Source of the DNA: an uncultured Methanosarcinales archaeon
Lineage (GTDB): Archaea > Nanobdellota > Nanobdellia > Woesearchaeales > GW2011-AR4
Length of the DNA stretch: 64,000 bases
Direction: 5' to 3'
NCBI GenBank assembly: GCA_964585935.1
Contig: CAZPFO010000002.1
Location: forward strand, 7,465 to 71,464
Below, one piece after another: positions 9,456 through 19,557 of the stretch. Positions within the stretch are counted from its first letter, which is position 1. The number at the start of each line of letters is the position of its first letter. Both the position numbers and the translations under genes were made by a program. A model generated the notes under the pieces. That model made no database searches. It saw only the letters and a program-made list of their open reading frames with translations, and had not been told where the DNA came from.

Positions 9456-9840
9456 ACGCTCCGGTTATTCCGGATAGAAATTGACCTGCAATATATAAAT
9501 CTTTCCTCTGGAGTGGTAACTCTTTTGTGGAGCTTTGTGCATTATTCTTCACGAGAAGAAAAATTTGTTAAGAAAACAAGGATTTAAACCAGTTTATTAT
9601 TTTTGTAAAAAAGTTTTCTTTATGTTCGGGTGTTATAGGACTTAAACCGCTGTTGTGGAGAGTCGGGAAACATTGGCCGTTGTTGGGTGTTAATAGAGTT
9701 AAACACTCCAATAAGGATAATAAATTAAAATAATTTTTTCATTATAAACTCTTTTTTGGTTATATATATAAATGTTTTTAAAAAATTTATTTAATCCTAA
9801 AAACAAAACCATTTTAAACAAATCCTGAACTAAAATTCTC

Positions 9841-10203
9841 ATGAGGATACCAAAAAGATACGGAGAGTCAAAGATTGCTAACTGCCCTTTTTGCGGAAAA
9901 ATAAGTGTAACCAAAAACAATCAGGGAGTTCCTGTCTGTCAAAGCCATAAAGACGGTGAGTTGAAAGACTTAAAATGTGTATGCGGAGAATGGCTTGATA
10001 TTATGTCTGGAAAATGGGGAACATACTTTAGGTGTATGAATTGCGGGAACATAAACTTCAAAAAAGGGGTTGATATGAATCCGCAGTTAAAAGATATTCT
10101 CCCTCAAGTGAAAGGCAATCAAACTCAAGTAAAAAATAATCAAAAAAAGAGCAATCCAAGGGAGATTACAATAACTTCAGACCAGGTTGATATTATTTAC
10201 TAA
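9841..10203 (+). CDS. Zn-ribbon protein
   Basis: CPFC, CQSH, CVCG and CMNC motifs. Confidence 0.85.
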   Translation: MRIPKRYGESKIANCPFCGKISVTKNNQGVPVCQSHKDGELKDLKCVCGEWLDIMSGKWGTYFRCMNCGNINFKKGVDMNPQLKDILPQVKGNQTQVKNNQKKSNPREITITSDQVDIIY

Positions 10204-10209
10204 ATTACT

Positions 10210-10524
10210 ATGAAATGTCATGAATGCGGAGTATGCTGTAAACTTTTCCTGATAAACCTTACGGAAGAAGAGTACCAATCAAGTAGATATAAGACCCAGT
10301 TCGAAAGTTTTGGGATAGAGAATGATTTTAATGAAGCACAAATGAATGCTGCAAATATAATCTCGCAAAAAGATGATGGAAGCTGCATATATCTTAAGGG
10401 GGGCAAATGTTCTATTCATTCAAAAAGGCCTCAATCATGCAGAAAATTCTTTTGTACATCAAAAGAGCAAGGGTTTAAAACAATGATTGATAAGATTAGA
10501 AAAGAGAAAGAAATGAATAACTGA
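10210..10524 (+). CDS. YkgJ-like CxxCxxCC cysteine-cluster protein
   Basis: CHECGVCC...CIYL...CSIH..RP..CR.F.C. Confidence 0.9.
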   Translation: MKCHECGVCCKLFLINLTEEEYQSSRYKTQFESFGIENDFNEAQMNAANIISQKDDGSCIYLKGGKCSIHSKRPQSCRKFFCTSKEQGFKTMIDKIRKEKEMNN

Positions 10525-10545
10525 TTTTTGTGTTTTAGTAGTTTA

Positions 10546-10818
10546 TTACTTCTCAAACTTAGAGATGTTCTTTTCCAGCTCGTTGAATGGAAACGGCCTT
10601 TTGTTTGAAACAAAGGTCATATATCTTAAGAAGATATATATTTGCGTATTCCAGATTTCGCTGAACTCTGCAATTCCTTTGTTTCTTTTGTTTTCAATCA
10701 GAGTAATGATGCAGTTCACTATTACAAGAATATGTATCAATGCCTTCCATATTCCTAAAATAATTCCTGAAACTATCACCACAACAATCCTCATCAAAGC
10801 TTCTTTTCTTTCTGACAT
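10546..10818 (-). CDS. DUF4389-like membrane protein
   Basis: Hydrophobic segments and YMTFVSNKRPFPF; GAGGTGA SD. Confidence 0.8.
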   Translation of the reverse strand: MSERKEALMRIVVVIVSGIILGIWKALIHILVIVNCIITLIENKRNKGIAEFSEIWNTQIYIFLRYMTFVSNKRPFPFNELEKNISKFEK

Positions 10819-10842
10819 TTTTTTCACCTCAATAATTTTAGG

Positions 10843-11199
10843 TTATATTAACATATTGTACAGCTTGTCAAAATCAACTTCTGTGTTAACACAACCGTCT
10901 TTTGATAATTGGAGGGATTTTGCCTTAATCTTCTTTTTTTTAACCAATTCATTACCTTCCTTTAACTCTGATTGGCAAGCAACTCCAATAACTTCAGGAT
11001 CATCAAAATCTTCAAGGATTTTTTTAACCATTGACCCGCCAGGAACAATAAAAACATTATAGCCTTTTTCTTCTGCTGTTTTCTTAAATGCGCCAATTTT
11101 ACATCTGCCGCAGTTTATACAGTTATACCCATGGCTGGCTAATTTTGCAGGGCACTCTGTGCTTCTAAGGCAATGTGGCAAAAAAATGAGCTTATCCAT
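10843..11199 (-). CDS. DUF116-family protein
   Basis: FLPHCLR...C..CGRC...IVPGGS...GVAC..EL. Confidence 0.88.
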   Translation of the reverse strand: MDKLIFLPHCLRSTECPAKLASHGYNCINCGRCKIGAFKKTAEEKGYNVFIVPGGSMVKKILEDFDDPEVIGVACQSELKEGNELVKKKKIKAKSLQLSKDGCVNTEVDFDKLYNMLI

Positions 11200-11321
11200 A
11201 ATTGATGCGTTAATAAAAGCAGTATTAAAAATCTTTTGGTTGTAAAGTAAAAAATGCTGCATTTAGCTAGATTAAACCAAAAAAAGATAACTATATATAA
11301 TAAATTAACTTCTCAGATTTT

Positions 11322-11675
11322 ATGATACAATGCTCAAATAAAACACAGAAGTGTATCAATTGCCACGATCATTTCCAGCAGTTAAGGCCTTTGGTCAATG
11401 ATGTTGTTGTTTCTAAGCATTTCAAAAGAGACGCCCCTGATTTTAATATAAATCTTATTCTTGACTGCGAGCATATGCACTTCACAAGATTGCATAAATT
11501 TGAAGAAACAATTGAAGGAAACCATATCTTTAGAGCTTTAAAAGATAAGATGCATATTGTTTATGCAATTGACAAAAACCATAGGCTAATTTTTTTGCGC
11601 GCATTTAACAACTTTGGGTCTTATAAGAAGTTTTTGAATGAAAAGAAAGAGATTATGAATATGATTGAGAATTAA
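11322..11675 (+). CDS. possible RelE/ParE-fold protein
   Basis: VVVSKHFKRD...IFRA...HIVYAIDK...LIFLRAF pattern. Confidence 0.5.
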   Translation: MIQCSNKTQKCINCHDHFQQLRPLVNDVVVSKHFKRDAPDFNINLILDCEHMHFTRLHKFEETIEGNHIFRALKDKMHIVYAIDKNHRLIFLRAFNNFGSYKKFLNEKKEIMNMIEN

Positions 11676-11700
11676 TTTAATTTTTTATTAGGGTTGCCTC

Positions 11701-14700
11701 TTAATCACCAAACTCTTTATAATACTCTTCCAAAGAATTAACAGAAACTTCTCCTTTTGTTAAACTCTGTATGGCTTTTAATGAGGCTTTTGTTCCTGCT
11801 ATTGTTGTTACAATTGGGATTCCTAATTCAATCGCGTTTCTTCTTATTTTATAGCCGTCACTGCCAACTCTTGAGCCTTTGGGTATGATAATTATCAAAT
11901 CAAGCTCTTTGTTTTTCATCATGTTTATTATTTTTGGGTTATCGCGAACTTTAGGCACTGCAAAAGTCTCTATATTATTATCCACCAGATACTTTTGGGT
12001 GCCTTCTGTCGAATAAATTTTAAATCCAAGGGAAGAGAATTCTTTTGCTATTGGCAAAAATGTTTCTTTGTTTTGATCTCTACCAATACTGAATAACAAG
12101 CTTCCTTTAGCTGGCAAATTGTTGTAAGCGGATTCCTGGGCCTTGTAGAAAGCTTTTCCAAAATCATAATCAATGCCCATCACTTCTCCAGTTGACTTCA
12201 TCTCAGGGCTTAAAACCGGATCAACTCCTCCTAATTTCAGGAATGGGAAAACAGCTTCCTTGACAGTCACAAAATTAGGCTCTTTATAACTGCCCAGATT
12301 GAAATCTTTTATTTTTTTGCCAATCATTATTTTTGTTGCAATTTTTGCCAGTGGAATTCCTATTGTTTTGCTTACATAAGGCACGGTTCTTGAAGCTCTA
12401 GGGTTTGCTTCTAAAACATAAACCTCATTGTCTTTAACAGCATACTGGATGTTTATTAAGCCAATAACCTCAAGGGATTTTGCAATCTTTGTTGTATAGT
12501 CAATCACTTTATCTTTTACTTCCTTAGAGATTGTCTGAGGCGGAATAACGCAGGCAGAATCTCCTGAATGGATCCCTGCTTCCTCAATGTGCTCCATTAT
12601 TGCTGCAACAAAGACATCTTCTTTGTCTGAAAGGGCATCTACATCAAGCTCGATTGCATTATCCAGGAATTTGTCAATCAAAACAGGATGTTCCGGGCTT
12701 ACCTTGACTGCCTCTTTCATATATTCAGTTAATTCTTCATCATCATCTACAATCTTCATAGCCCTCCCCCCAATTACATAAGAAGGCCTTACCAAAACAG
12801 GATAAGTTATTTTGTTTGCAATCTCTAAAGCTTTTTCAGTTGACATTGTAGTTCCCCACGGAGCAGACGGAATGCTTAGTTTTTCCAATATAGCGCCAAA
12901 CTTCTTCCTGTCTTCAGCAGTATCAACCATTTCAGGGCTTGTTCCTAAAATTTTAACTCCTGCCTTATGCAAGGGCATTGCTAGGTGTATAGGTGTCTGG
13001 CCTCCAAATTGCAGTATAATACCATAAGGCTTTTCCTTCTCGATAATGTTCATAACATCCTCAAAAGTCAAAGGCTCAAAATATAATTTATCAGAAGTGT
13101 CAAAGTCTGTTGAGACAGTCTCAGGATTGTTGTTTATTATCAAAGCTTCTATGTTTTCTTCTCTTAATGCAAATACTGAATGTACGCAGCAATAATCAAA
13201 CTCTATGCCCTGGCCTATCCTTATCGGGCCTCCGCCTATAATAATCACTTTTTTGTTGTTTGAGGGATTGGATTCGTCTTCTTTTTCATAAGTTGAATAT
13301 AAATAAGGAGTTACAGCTTCAAACTCTGCAGCGCATGTATCAACCATCTTGTATGTAGGCAGGATATTGTTTTTTATCCTGAAGTTTCTTATTTCCTTCT
13401 CTGTTTTTCCTAATTTATGCGCAATCTGCGTGTCTGAGAATCCTGATTTTTTCGCATTTAATATTGATTTTTCATTTAATTCAATTTTATTTCCATCTTC
13501 ATAAATATTCTTTACCTTGTTTAGGAACCATTTGTTTATTCCTGTTAACTCATGTATTTCTTCAAGAGTCATTCCTATTTTAATTGCGTCTCTTATGTAC
13601 ATCATTCTTTTGTGAGTTGCAACTTTAAGGTTTTGGATTATTTCTTCTTTGTTTGCACATGGCTTGTCTTTTTTATCATAACCTAGACCAAATCTTCCAA
13701 CTTCCAATGACCTTATTGCTTTTTGCAGAGCTTCTTCAAAAGTCCTTCCAATAGCCATTGTTTCTCCTGTGGATTTCATTTGAGTTCCAATTTCCTTGTT
13801 AGCAGTCTCAAACTTGTCAAATGGCCATCTAGGAATTTTAACAACAACATAATCTATTGTTGGCTCGAAGCATGCTTTTGTCTCTTTAGTCACGTCATTA
13901 GGTATTTCATCTAATGTCATTCCAATAGCTATTTTTGCAGCTATCCTGGCTATTGGGTAGCCTGTTGCCTTTGAAGCTAAGGCTGAGCTTCTTGAAACTC
14001 TTGGATTTACTTCAATGATCATGTACTTGCCTGTGTTGTAATTAAGCGCAAACTGAATATTGCAGCCTCCTTCTACTTTCAAGGCCCTTATTATTTTGAT
14101 TGCAGAAGTTCTCAGGACCTGGAAATCATGGTCATTTAGAGTTTGTGTAGGAGCTGTTACGATGCTTTCACCTGTATGAATTCCCATAGGGTCAAAGTTT
14201 TCCATTGGGCAGATAATGATGCAGTTATCTTGTTTATCCCTCATTACTTCCATTTCAAATTCTCCCCAGTCTTTTGTCCCTAAAATAGCCTGCTCGAGAA
14301 GTATCTGTTTTATTGGGCTTTGTTGCAGTCCAGATTCAATGAATTTTTTTAGCTCTTCCTGGTTTTTTGCGATTCCGCCGCCTGTTCCACCTAGAGTGTA
14401 GGCAGGCCTTATTACTAATGGCAATCCTACTTTTTTGGCAAAATCTTCTGCTTCTTTCATAGAAGTTACAATTGCGCTTGCTGGCACTGGCTCATTGATG
14501 TTTTTCATCAGCTCTTTGAATTTATTTCTGTCTTCACCAGCTTCAATTGTCTTTATTGATGTGCCTAAAACCTCGACATTTAACTCTTTTAGAATTCCTG
14601 ATTTGTGAAGTTGCTCTGCTAAATTTAATCCAGTTTGCCCGCCCATTGTTGGCAGTAAGCCATCAGGCTTTTCTTTCCTGATTATTTTTTTAAGGATATT

Positions 14701-14913
14701 GAGATTGAGCGGCTCAATATAGATATTATCTGCAACATCAGTATCTGTCATGATGGTTGCAGGGTTTGAATTAACCAAGACTACCTTATAGCCGTCTTCT
14801 CTTAAAGCTTTGCAGGCTTGTGTACCTGAGTAATCGAATTCAGCGGCTTGTCCAATAACAATTGGTCCAGAGCCGATTACCATTATTTTTTTAAGATCGG
14901 TTCTTTTTGGCAT
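11701..14913 (-). CDS. carB: carbamoyl-phosphate synthase large subunit
   Basis: MPKRTD...GSGPIVIGQAAEFDYSG, two ATP-grasp domains, C-terminal MGS-like domain. Confidence 0.99.
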   Translation of the reverse strand: MPKRTDLKKIMVIGSGPIVIGQAAEFDYSGTQACKALREDGYKVVLVNSNPATIMTDTDVADNIYIEPLNLNILKKIIRKEKPDGLLPTMGGQTGLNLAEQLHKSGILKELNVEVLGTSIKTIEAGEDRNKFKELMKNINEPVPASAIVTSMKEAEDFAKKVGLPLVIRPAYTLGGTGGGIAKNQEELKKFIESGLQQSPIKQILLEQAILGTKDWGEFEMEVMRDKQDNCIIICPMENFDPMGIHTGESIVTAPTQTLNDHDFQVLRTSAIKIIRALKVEGGCNIQFALNYNTGKYMIIEVNPRVSRSSALASKATGYPIARIAAKIAIGMTLDEIPNDVTKETKACFEPTIDYVVVKIPRWPFDKFETANKEIGTQMKSTGETMAIGRTFEEALQKAIRSLEVGRFGLGYDKKDKPCANKEEIIQNLKVATHKRMMYIRDAIKIGMTLEEIHELTGINKWFLNKVKNIYEDGNKIELNEKSILNAKKSGFSDTQIAHKLGKTEKEIRNFRIKNNILPTYKMVDTCAAEFEAVTPYLYSTYEKEDESNPSNNKKVIIIGGGPIRIGQGIEFDYCCVHSVFALREENIEALIINNNPETVSTDFDTSDKLYFEPLTFEDVMNIIEKEKPYGIILQFGGQTPIHLAMPLHKAGVKILGTSPEMVDTAEDRKKFGAILEKLSIPSAPWGTTMSTEKALEIANKITYPVLVRPSYVIGGRAMKIVDDDEELTEYMKEAVKVSPEHPVLIDKFLDNAIELDVDALSDKEDVFVAAIMEHIEEAGIHSGDSACVIPPQTISKEVKDKVIDYTTKIAKSLEVIGLINIQYAVKDNEVYVLEANPRASRTVPYVSKTIGIPLAKIATKIMIGKKIKDFNLGSYKEPNFVTVKEAVFPFLKLGGVDPVLSPEMKSTGEVMGIDYDFGKAFYKAQESAYNNLPAKGSLLFSIGRDQNKETFLPIAKEFSSLGFKIYSTEGTQKYLVDNNIETFAVPKVRDNPKIINMMKNKELDLIIIIPKGSRVGSDGYKIRRNAIELGIPIVTTIAGTKASLKAIQSLTKGEVSVNSLEEYYKEFGD

Positions 14914-14968
14914 TTTTATCAATTATTTCTTAGTTTAATTTATCCATTTTAATCATTATTTTTATTGA

Positions 14969-16045
14969 TTATTTCAAATCTTTTACGAACTTATCAAAAA
15001 TATGCTCAATATCCTTGGGCCCTGGGCAACTTTCTGGATGCATCTGAACTGTTTGAATTGGCAATTTCTTATGCTTCACTCCTTCAACTGAATTATCATT
15101 GAGGTTAATGTAGGAAACTTCTAATTCAGTTTCGTCTAAGCTTTTTGCATCAACTGCAAAGCCATGGTTTTGAGAAGTGATGTAAACTTTGTTCTCTTCT
15201 AAATTCTTGACAGGCTGGTTTGTTCCTCTATGACCGAATTTAAGCTTGTATGTTTTTCCGCCTAGAGCCAGAGAAACAATTTGGTGGCCGAGGCAGATTC
15301 CTGCTATTGGCATTTCTGACTGCAATTCTTTAACAAGATTGATTGCATCAACTGCTTTTTCAGGGTCTCCTGGGCCGTTTGTAAGAAACAAGCCGTTTGG
15401 TTCTAGGTCAAGAACTTCTTGTGGCTTTGTATTGTAAGGGAGCTGGATAACGTTTATTTTTCTCTTGAGAAAGTTTCTTATTATTGAGAGCTTAGCTCCC
15501 GTATCTATCAATGCTATTGTTTTTTCGCCATTGCAGTCATGTTTTACTGGCTCTTTTACGCTTACTTTTTCAAGAAAATTAAATTCTGAATAGTTTTTTT
15601 GTTTTTTTGCTAAATTTAAAATTTTTTCGTTGTCAATTGGATCTTTTGAAACAATTAATGAACCATTCATAACACCATGAATTCTTATTTTTTTTGTAAG
15701 AAATCTTGTATCAATCCCATGGATTCCCGGAATATTGAATTCTTTAAGGAATTTATCAAGGCTTTTTACAGCATTTCTGTGTTGATAGAAATCATTATAT
15801 TCTCTTACAATAAAGCCTTCTACCTGAACCTTATTAGATTCAAAGTTTCCCTTTCTCACGCCATAATTGCCTATTAATGGGTAGGTTGAAGTAAGAATCT
15901 GGCCTTTGTAAGAAGGGTCTGTCAGGCTTTCTTCATACCCTACCAGAGATGTGTTGAAAACAACTTCTCCTGCTGCCTCTTTCTCAGCCCCAAAGCCCTT
16001 TCCTTCAAGGACAGTGCCGTCATTAAGAGCTAGTGCTGCATACAT
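14969..16045 (-). CDS. carA: carbamoyl-phosphate synthase small subunit
   Basis: GEVVFNT...TDPSY, NGPGDP, GICLGHQ, HPE. Confidence 0.99.
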   Translation of the reverse strand: MYAALALNDGTVLEGKGFGAEKEAAGEVVFNTSLVGYEESLTDPSYKGQILTSTYPLIGNYGVRKGNFESNKVQVEGFIVREYNDFYQHRNAVKSLDKFLKEFNIPGIHGIDTRFLTKKIRIHGVMNGSLIVSKDPIDNEKILNLAKKQKNYSEFNFLEKVSVKEPVKHDCNGEKTIALIDTGAKLSIIRNFLKRKINVIQLPYNTKPQEVLDLEPNGLFLTNGPGDPEKAVDAINLVKELQSEMPIAGICLGHQIVSLALGGKTYKLKFGHRGTNQPVKNLEENKVYITSQNHGFAVDAKSLDETELEVSYINLNDNSVEGVKHKKLPIQTVQMHPESCPGPKDIEHIFDKFVKDLK

Positions 16046-16231
16046 AGAATACACCCCTTAAATAAGAATGAATAATCCCTCAGAAATATACCTCCTAAAA
16101 AAAATATGAAGTTCATTAAAAAAAAGAGAATGTTGGAACTTATTAATAAAGATTGTTATTGTGGATTATATAATTAGTAAATTTGAGAACTTTAGGAAAA
16201 CTTTATAAAAACCTAAAAAAATATATCTTTA

Positions 16232-16612
16232 ATGAAGGACTGGAAAAAAGAGTTTGCACGTGATACATTAGCCTTAGGCTCTATTCCATTCTATCTTCTT
16301 GTTATGGCGAGGGCTGTTGTCGGAAAATATGCTGTTTTTGTTTATCAATTATTGATTGCTTTGCCAATCTTATTTGTATTATCCAAAATTGTAAAAAATT
16401 CAAACCAGCACATAGCAAGGGCTGTTGTCTTGGTTGTGTTTACAAGCCTGTTTTATAATGACTCATTCTATACCCTGTTTGTATCATTGGTTTTTGTCAT
16501 GCTAATTGTGTTTGCTGCTTATATAAAAATCAAGAAAATCGAGATAGTAAAAGGTGTTTTAGCCGGAGTTATTGCTTCTTTGATTAGTTATTATTTGGCT
16601 TCAATAATTTAA
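16232..16612 (+). CDS. membrane protein (PAP2-like, uncertain)
   Basis: RDTLALGS...HIAR with several hydrophobic segments. Confidence 0.7.
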   Translation: MKDWKKEFARDTLALGSIPFYLLVMARAVVGKYAVFVYQLLIALPILFVLSKIVKNSNQHIARAVVLVVFTSLFYNDSFYTLFVSLVFVMLIVFAAYIKIKKIEIVKGVLAGVIASLISYYLASII

Positions 16613-17580
16613 CTCAAACCCTCAACTTCATCAAAACCGAGCATTAAGTTCATGTTCTGGACTGCCTGGCCTGATGCTCCTTTTATGAGGTTGTCAAGCG
16701 CTGCAATAACAACCAGCTGGTTGTTTTCGTCTACTTCAAAGCCGCCAATCAAACATTTATTAGTGCCCTGAACAGCATGCACATCCGGAGCTTTGCTTAA
16801 AACGTCAACAAATGGGCAGTCTTTATAGAAATCCTCATATATTTTTTTTATTTTTCCAGCGTCTTCTTTATGCTTTAATAAAATATGGGCAGTTATCATC
16901 ATCCCCTGGAAAGTGTCAATGACATGCGGGGTAAAGCTTAACTTTGTTTTTATGAATTGCTCAACCTCATACTTATGGCGGTGTTTTGTTAGTTTATAGG
17001 CAATTATATTATCCTTTATTACTGAGCCATCTTTAGCATATACTGATTTTTTTCCCGCTCCAGACCATCCTGATTTGCAGTCAAAAACTAAATACTTTGC
17101 TTGTTTTTGCATTGGAAAAGAACTTAAAATCATACCAGTTGCATAGCATCCAGGATTCCCAATTAATTTTGCTTTTTTTATTTTTTCCTTAAAAAGTTCT
17201 GGTAATCCGTAGGTTGCTTTTGTTTTTTTGTCCTTGTGTTTTACTTTGTAAACCTTTTCATAGTCCTGAAGATTTTTAAAACGGTAGTCTGCGCTTAAGT
17301 CAATTATTTTGCAATTTAGTTTTGGAACATATCCCATTGCCTTTGTATGGGGCACGGCTAAAAAAACAACATCCAGCTTCATGTTGTTTATTTTATCAAT
17401 TGAATAATTTGTAAATTTTAAATTTCCATTTGTAAAATCATGATAAAGGCTTTTTACTGTTTTTCCTTTATAGCTCTTGCTATTCAAAACAGCAAGTTCA
17501 ACTTTCTTATGGCTGCTCAGGATTTTTATTAATTCATATCCAGTATATCCAGATGCGCCTATTATTCCGGCTTTATACAT
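16609..17580 (-). CDS. argC: N-acetyl-gamma-glutamyl-phosphate reductase
   Basis: GASGYTG, DLSADYR, NPGCY, DNLIKGASGQA. Confidence 0.98.
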   Translation of the reverse strand: MYKAGIIGASGYTGYELIKILSSHKKVELAVLNSKSYKGKTVKSLYHDFTNGNLKFTNYSIDKINNMKLDVVFLAVPHTKAMGYVPKLNCKIIDLSADYRFKNLQDYEKVYKVKHKDKKTKATYGLPELFKEKIKKAKLIGNPGCYATGMILSSFPMQKQAKYLVFDCKSGWSGAGKKSVYAKDGSVIKDNIIAYKLTKHRHKYEVEQFIKTKLSFTPHVIDTFQGMMITAHILLKHKEDAGKIKKIYEDFYKDCPFVDVLSKAPDVHAVQGTNKCLIGGFEVDENNQLVVIAALDNLIKGASGQAVQNMNLMLGFDEVEGLS

Positions 17581-18733
17581 TTGCTAATACCTCTTCAAGT
17601 ATTTTCATTGCCCCATCAACATGCTTTTTATTTGTTATCAAAGACGGCAGAAACCTTATCGTATTCGGAGTTGCGTTATTGATCAGCAAACCTTTTTTCA
17701 GGCACTCTTCAGTAATCTTTTTAGCGTCTCCTTCAATATCAACGCCTATCATAAGGCCGATACCTTTTATTTTTTTTATCGCTTGATTTTTATTTTTTAA
17801 CTCGTTTAATTTTTTCAGGAAATAATCTCCGACTTTAGACGCGTTCTCCATTAGCTTATGCTTTGAAATATAATCAAGAGTTGTATTTGCTGCTGTGCAG
17901 CTTAAGCTATTCCCTCCAAAAGTGCTTGCATGGTCTCCTTTATCAAAATCATATTTTGAAATGCAAACCCCAATAGGAACTCCGTTTGCAAGACCTTTGG
18001 ATAAAGTTACGATATCCGGCAAAATTCCATTATGCTGGTAAGCGAAAAACTTCCCGGTCTTGCCGTTTCCTGACTGAACTTCATCTAAAATCAATAATAC
18101 TTTTTTCTTTTTGCAAATCTCAGCAACTTTTTTCAGATAATCCTTATCCGGAACAATGATTCCTGCTTCCCCTTGTATTGGCTCGAGCATTACTGCTGCT
18201 GTGTTTTCTGTTATTGAGTTCTCAACAGCTTTTGGATCATCATAAGGAACAAAATTAAAGCCCTGTACTAAAGGGTTAAATGGCTTTTTGATGTTTTTTT
18301 TCCAGGTAGCTGCTAAACTAGCGTGTGTGCGGCCGTGAAAAGACTGCTTGCAGACTATAAATTCTGTCTTGCCAGTTACTTTCTTTGCTAATTTTATAGC
18401 TGTCTCATTTGCCTCTGCTCCTGAATTGCAGAAAAAGCACTTTTTCAGCCCAGACAGCCTTGCCAGCTTCTCAGCCAGCACAACCTGCGGCTCAGTATAG
18501 TAAAGATTGCTTACATGGAACAATTTTTTGGACTGTTCGATTATCGCTTTTGCGACTTCCTTATTGGCGTGCCCTATCGGGATGCAGCCGAGGCCTGTAA
18601 TAAAATCCAGGTATTTCTTTCCTTTTTTATCAAATACATAAACACCCTTTCCATGATCTATGACAAGGTCAAACCTATTATAGGTCTGCATTATGTACTT
18701 TTTCTCGTTTTGCTTTACCTTACTTGCTTCCAT
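17573..18733 (-). CDS. argD: acetylornithine aminotransferase
   Basis: CNSGAEANE, FHGRT, EPIQGE, DEVQ, SKGLANG; lies in the arg operon. Confidence 0.95.
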   Translation of the reverse strand: MEASKVKQNEKKYIMQTYNRFDLVIDHGKGVYVFDKKGKKYLDFITGLGCIPIGHANKEVAKAIIEQSKKLFHVSNLYYTEPQVVLAEKLARLSGLKKCFFCNSGAEANETAIKLAKKVTGKTEFIVCKQSFHGRTHASLAATWKKNIKKPFNPLVQGFNFVPYDDPKAVENSITENTAAVMLEPIQGEAGIIVPDKDYLKKVAEICKKKKVLLILDEVQSGNGKTGKFFAYQHNGILPDIVTLSKGLANGVPIGVCISKYDFDKGDHASTFGGNSLSCTAANTTLDYISKHKLMENASKVGDYFLKKLNELKNKNQAIKKIKGIGLMIGVDIEGDAKKITEECLKKGLLINNATPNTIRFLPSLITNKKHVDGAMKILEEVLANV

Positions 18734-19556
18734 TTTTCACCAGCTCTGTTCCGATACCTTTATCCGTAAAAATCTCAAACAATATTGCGTGAGTTATTGT
18801 TCCATTAATAAGGTGGGCTTTTTTACAGCCGGATTCTATTGCTTCTATGCATGCCTTAACTTTTGGGATCATTCCTTTTGAAATTATTCCTTTTTTGATG
18901 TGTTTATGGGCATCTTTTATTGATAAATGCGCAATCAATTTTCCTTTTTCCATTACACCATCAACATCTGTCAAAATTGTCAGTTTTTCTGCTTTAAGTG
19001 CAGTTGCTATTTTTGTTGCTGCTGTATCAGCATTTATGTTGTATTTTTTTCCATTGCCTATGGCTAATGGCGAAATGATAGGAACGTACCCTTTGTTTAT
19101 TACGCTTAATATCTTCTTTTTGTCTACTTTTGTTATTCTGCCAACCAACCCAAGTCTCTTGTCTTTTTGTTTTGCAATCAGGCATCCGGTTACTGTTTCG
19201 CCCTGCTCCTTGAATTCTTTCAATAACCCCTTGATTTCATTATTTATTTTTTTGAAAACCTTGTCTATTATCTTTATTGTTGAGCCATCAGTAACCCTCA
19301 ATCCATTTACAAACTTAGGCTTTAGATTTGCTTTTTTCATTTCTTTGGTTATTTCAGGGCCTCCGCCATGGACAATAATTGGCTTGATGCCTAATGATTT
19401 AAGGAAAGCTATGTCTTTCATTACTGAGTGCTTGAGCTTGCTGTTTATCATAGCATTTCCGCCATATTTGATTACAAATATTTTGCCTTTAAACTTACGA
19501 ATATATGGAAGCGCTTCTTCAATCAGCATCTTTGCTTTTTTTATCAGTTGTTTCAT
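18720..19556 (-). CDS. argB: acetylglutamate kinase
   Basis: VIKYGGNAM, VHGGGP, NINAD, GMIPK. Confidence 0.98.
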   Translation of the reverse strand: MKQLIKKAKMLIEEALPYIRKFKGKIFVIKYGGNAMINSKLKHSVMKDIAFLKSLGIKPIIVHGGGPEITKEMKKANLKPKFVNGLRVTDGSTIKIIDKVFKKINNEIKGLLKEFKEQGETVTGCLIAKQKDKRLGLVGRITKVDKKKILSVINKGYVPIISPLAIGNGKKYNINADTAATKIATALKAEKLTILTDVDGVMEKGKLIAHLSIKDAHKHIKKGIISKGMIPKVKACIEAIESGCKKAHLINGTITHAILFEIFTDKGIGTELVKNGSK

Positions 19557-19557
19557 T

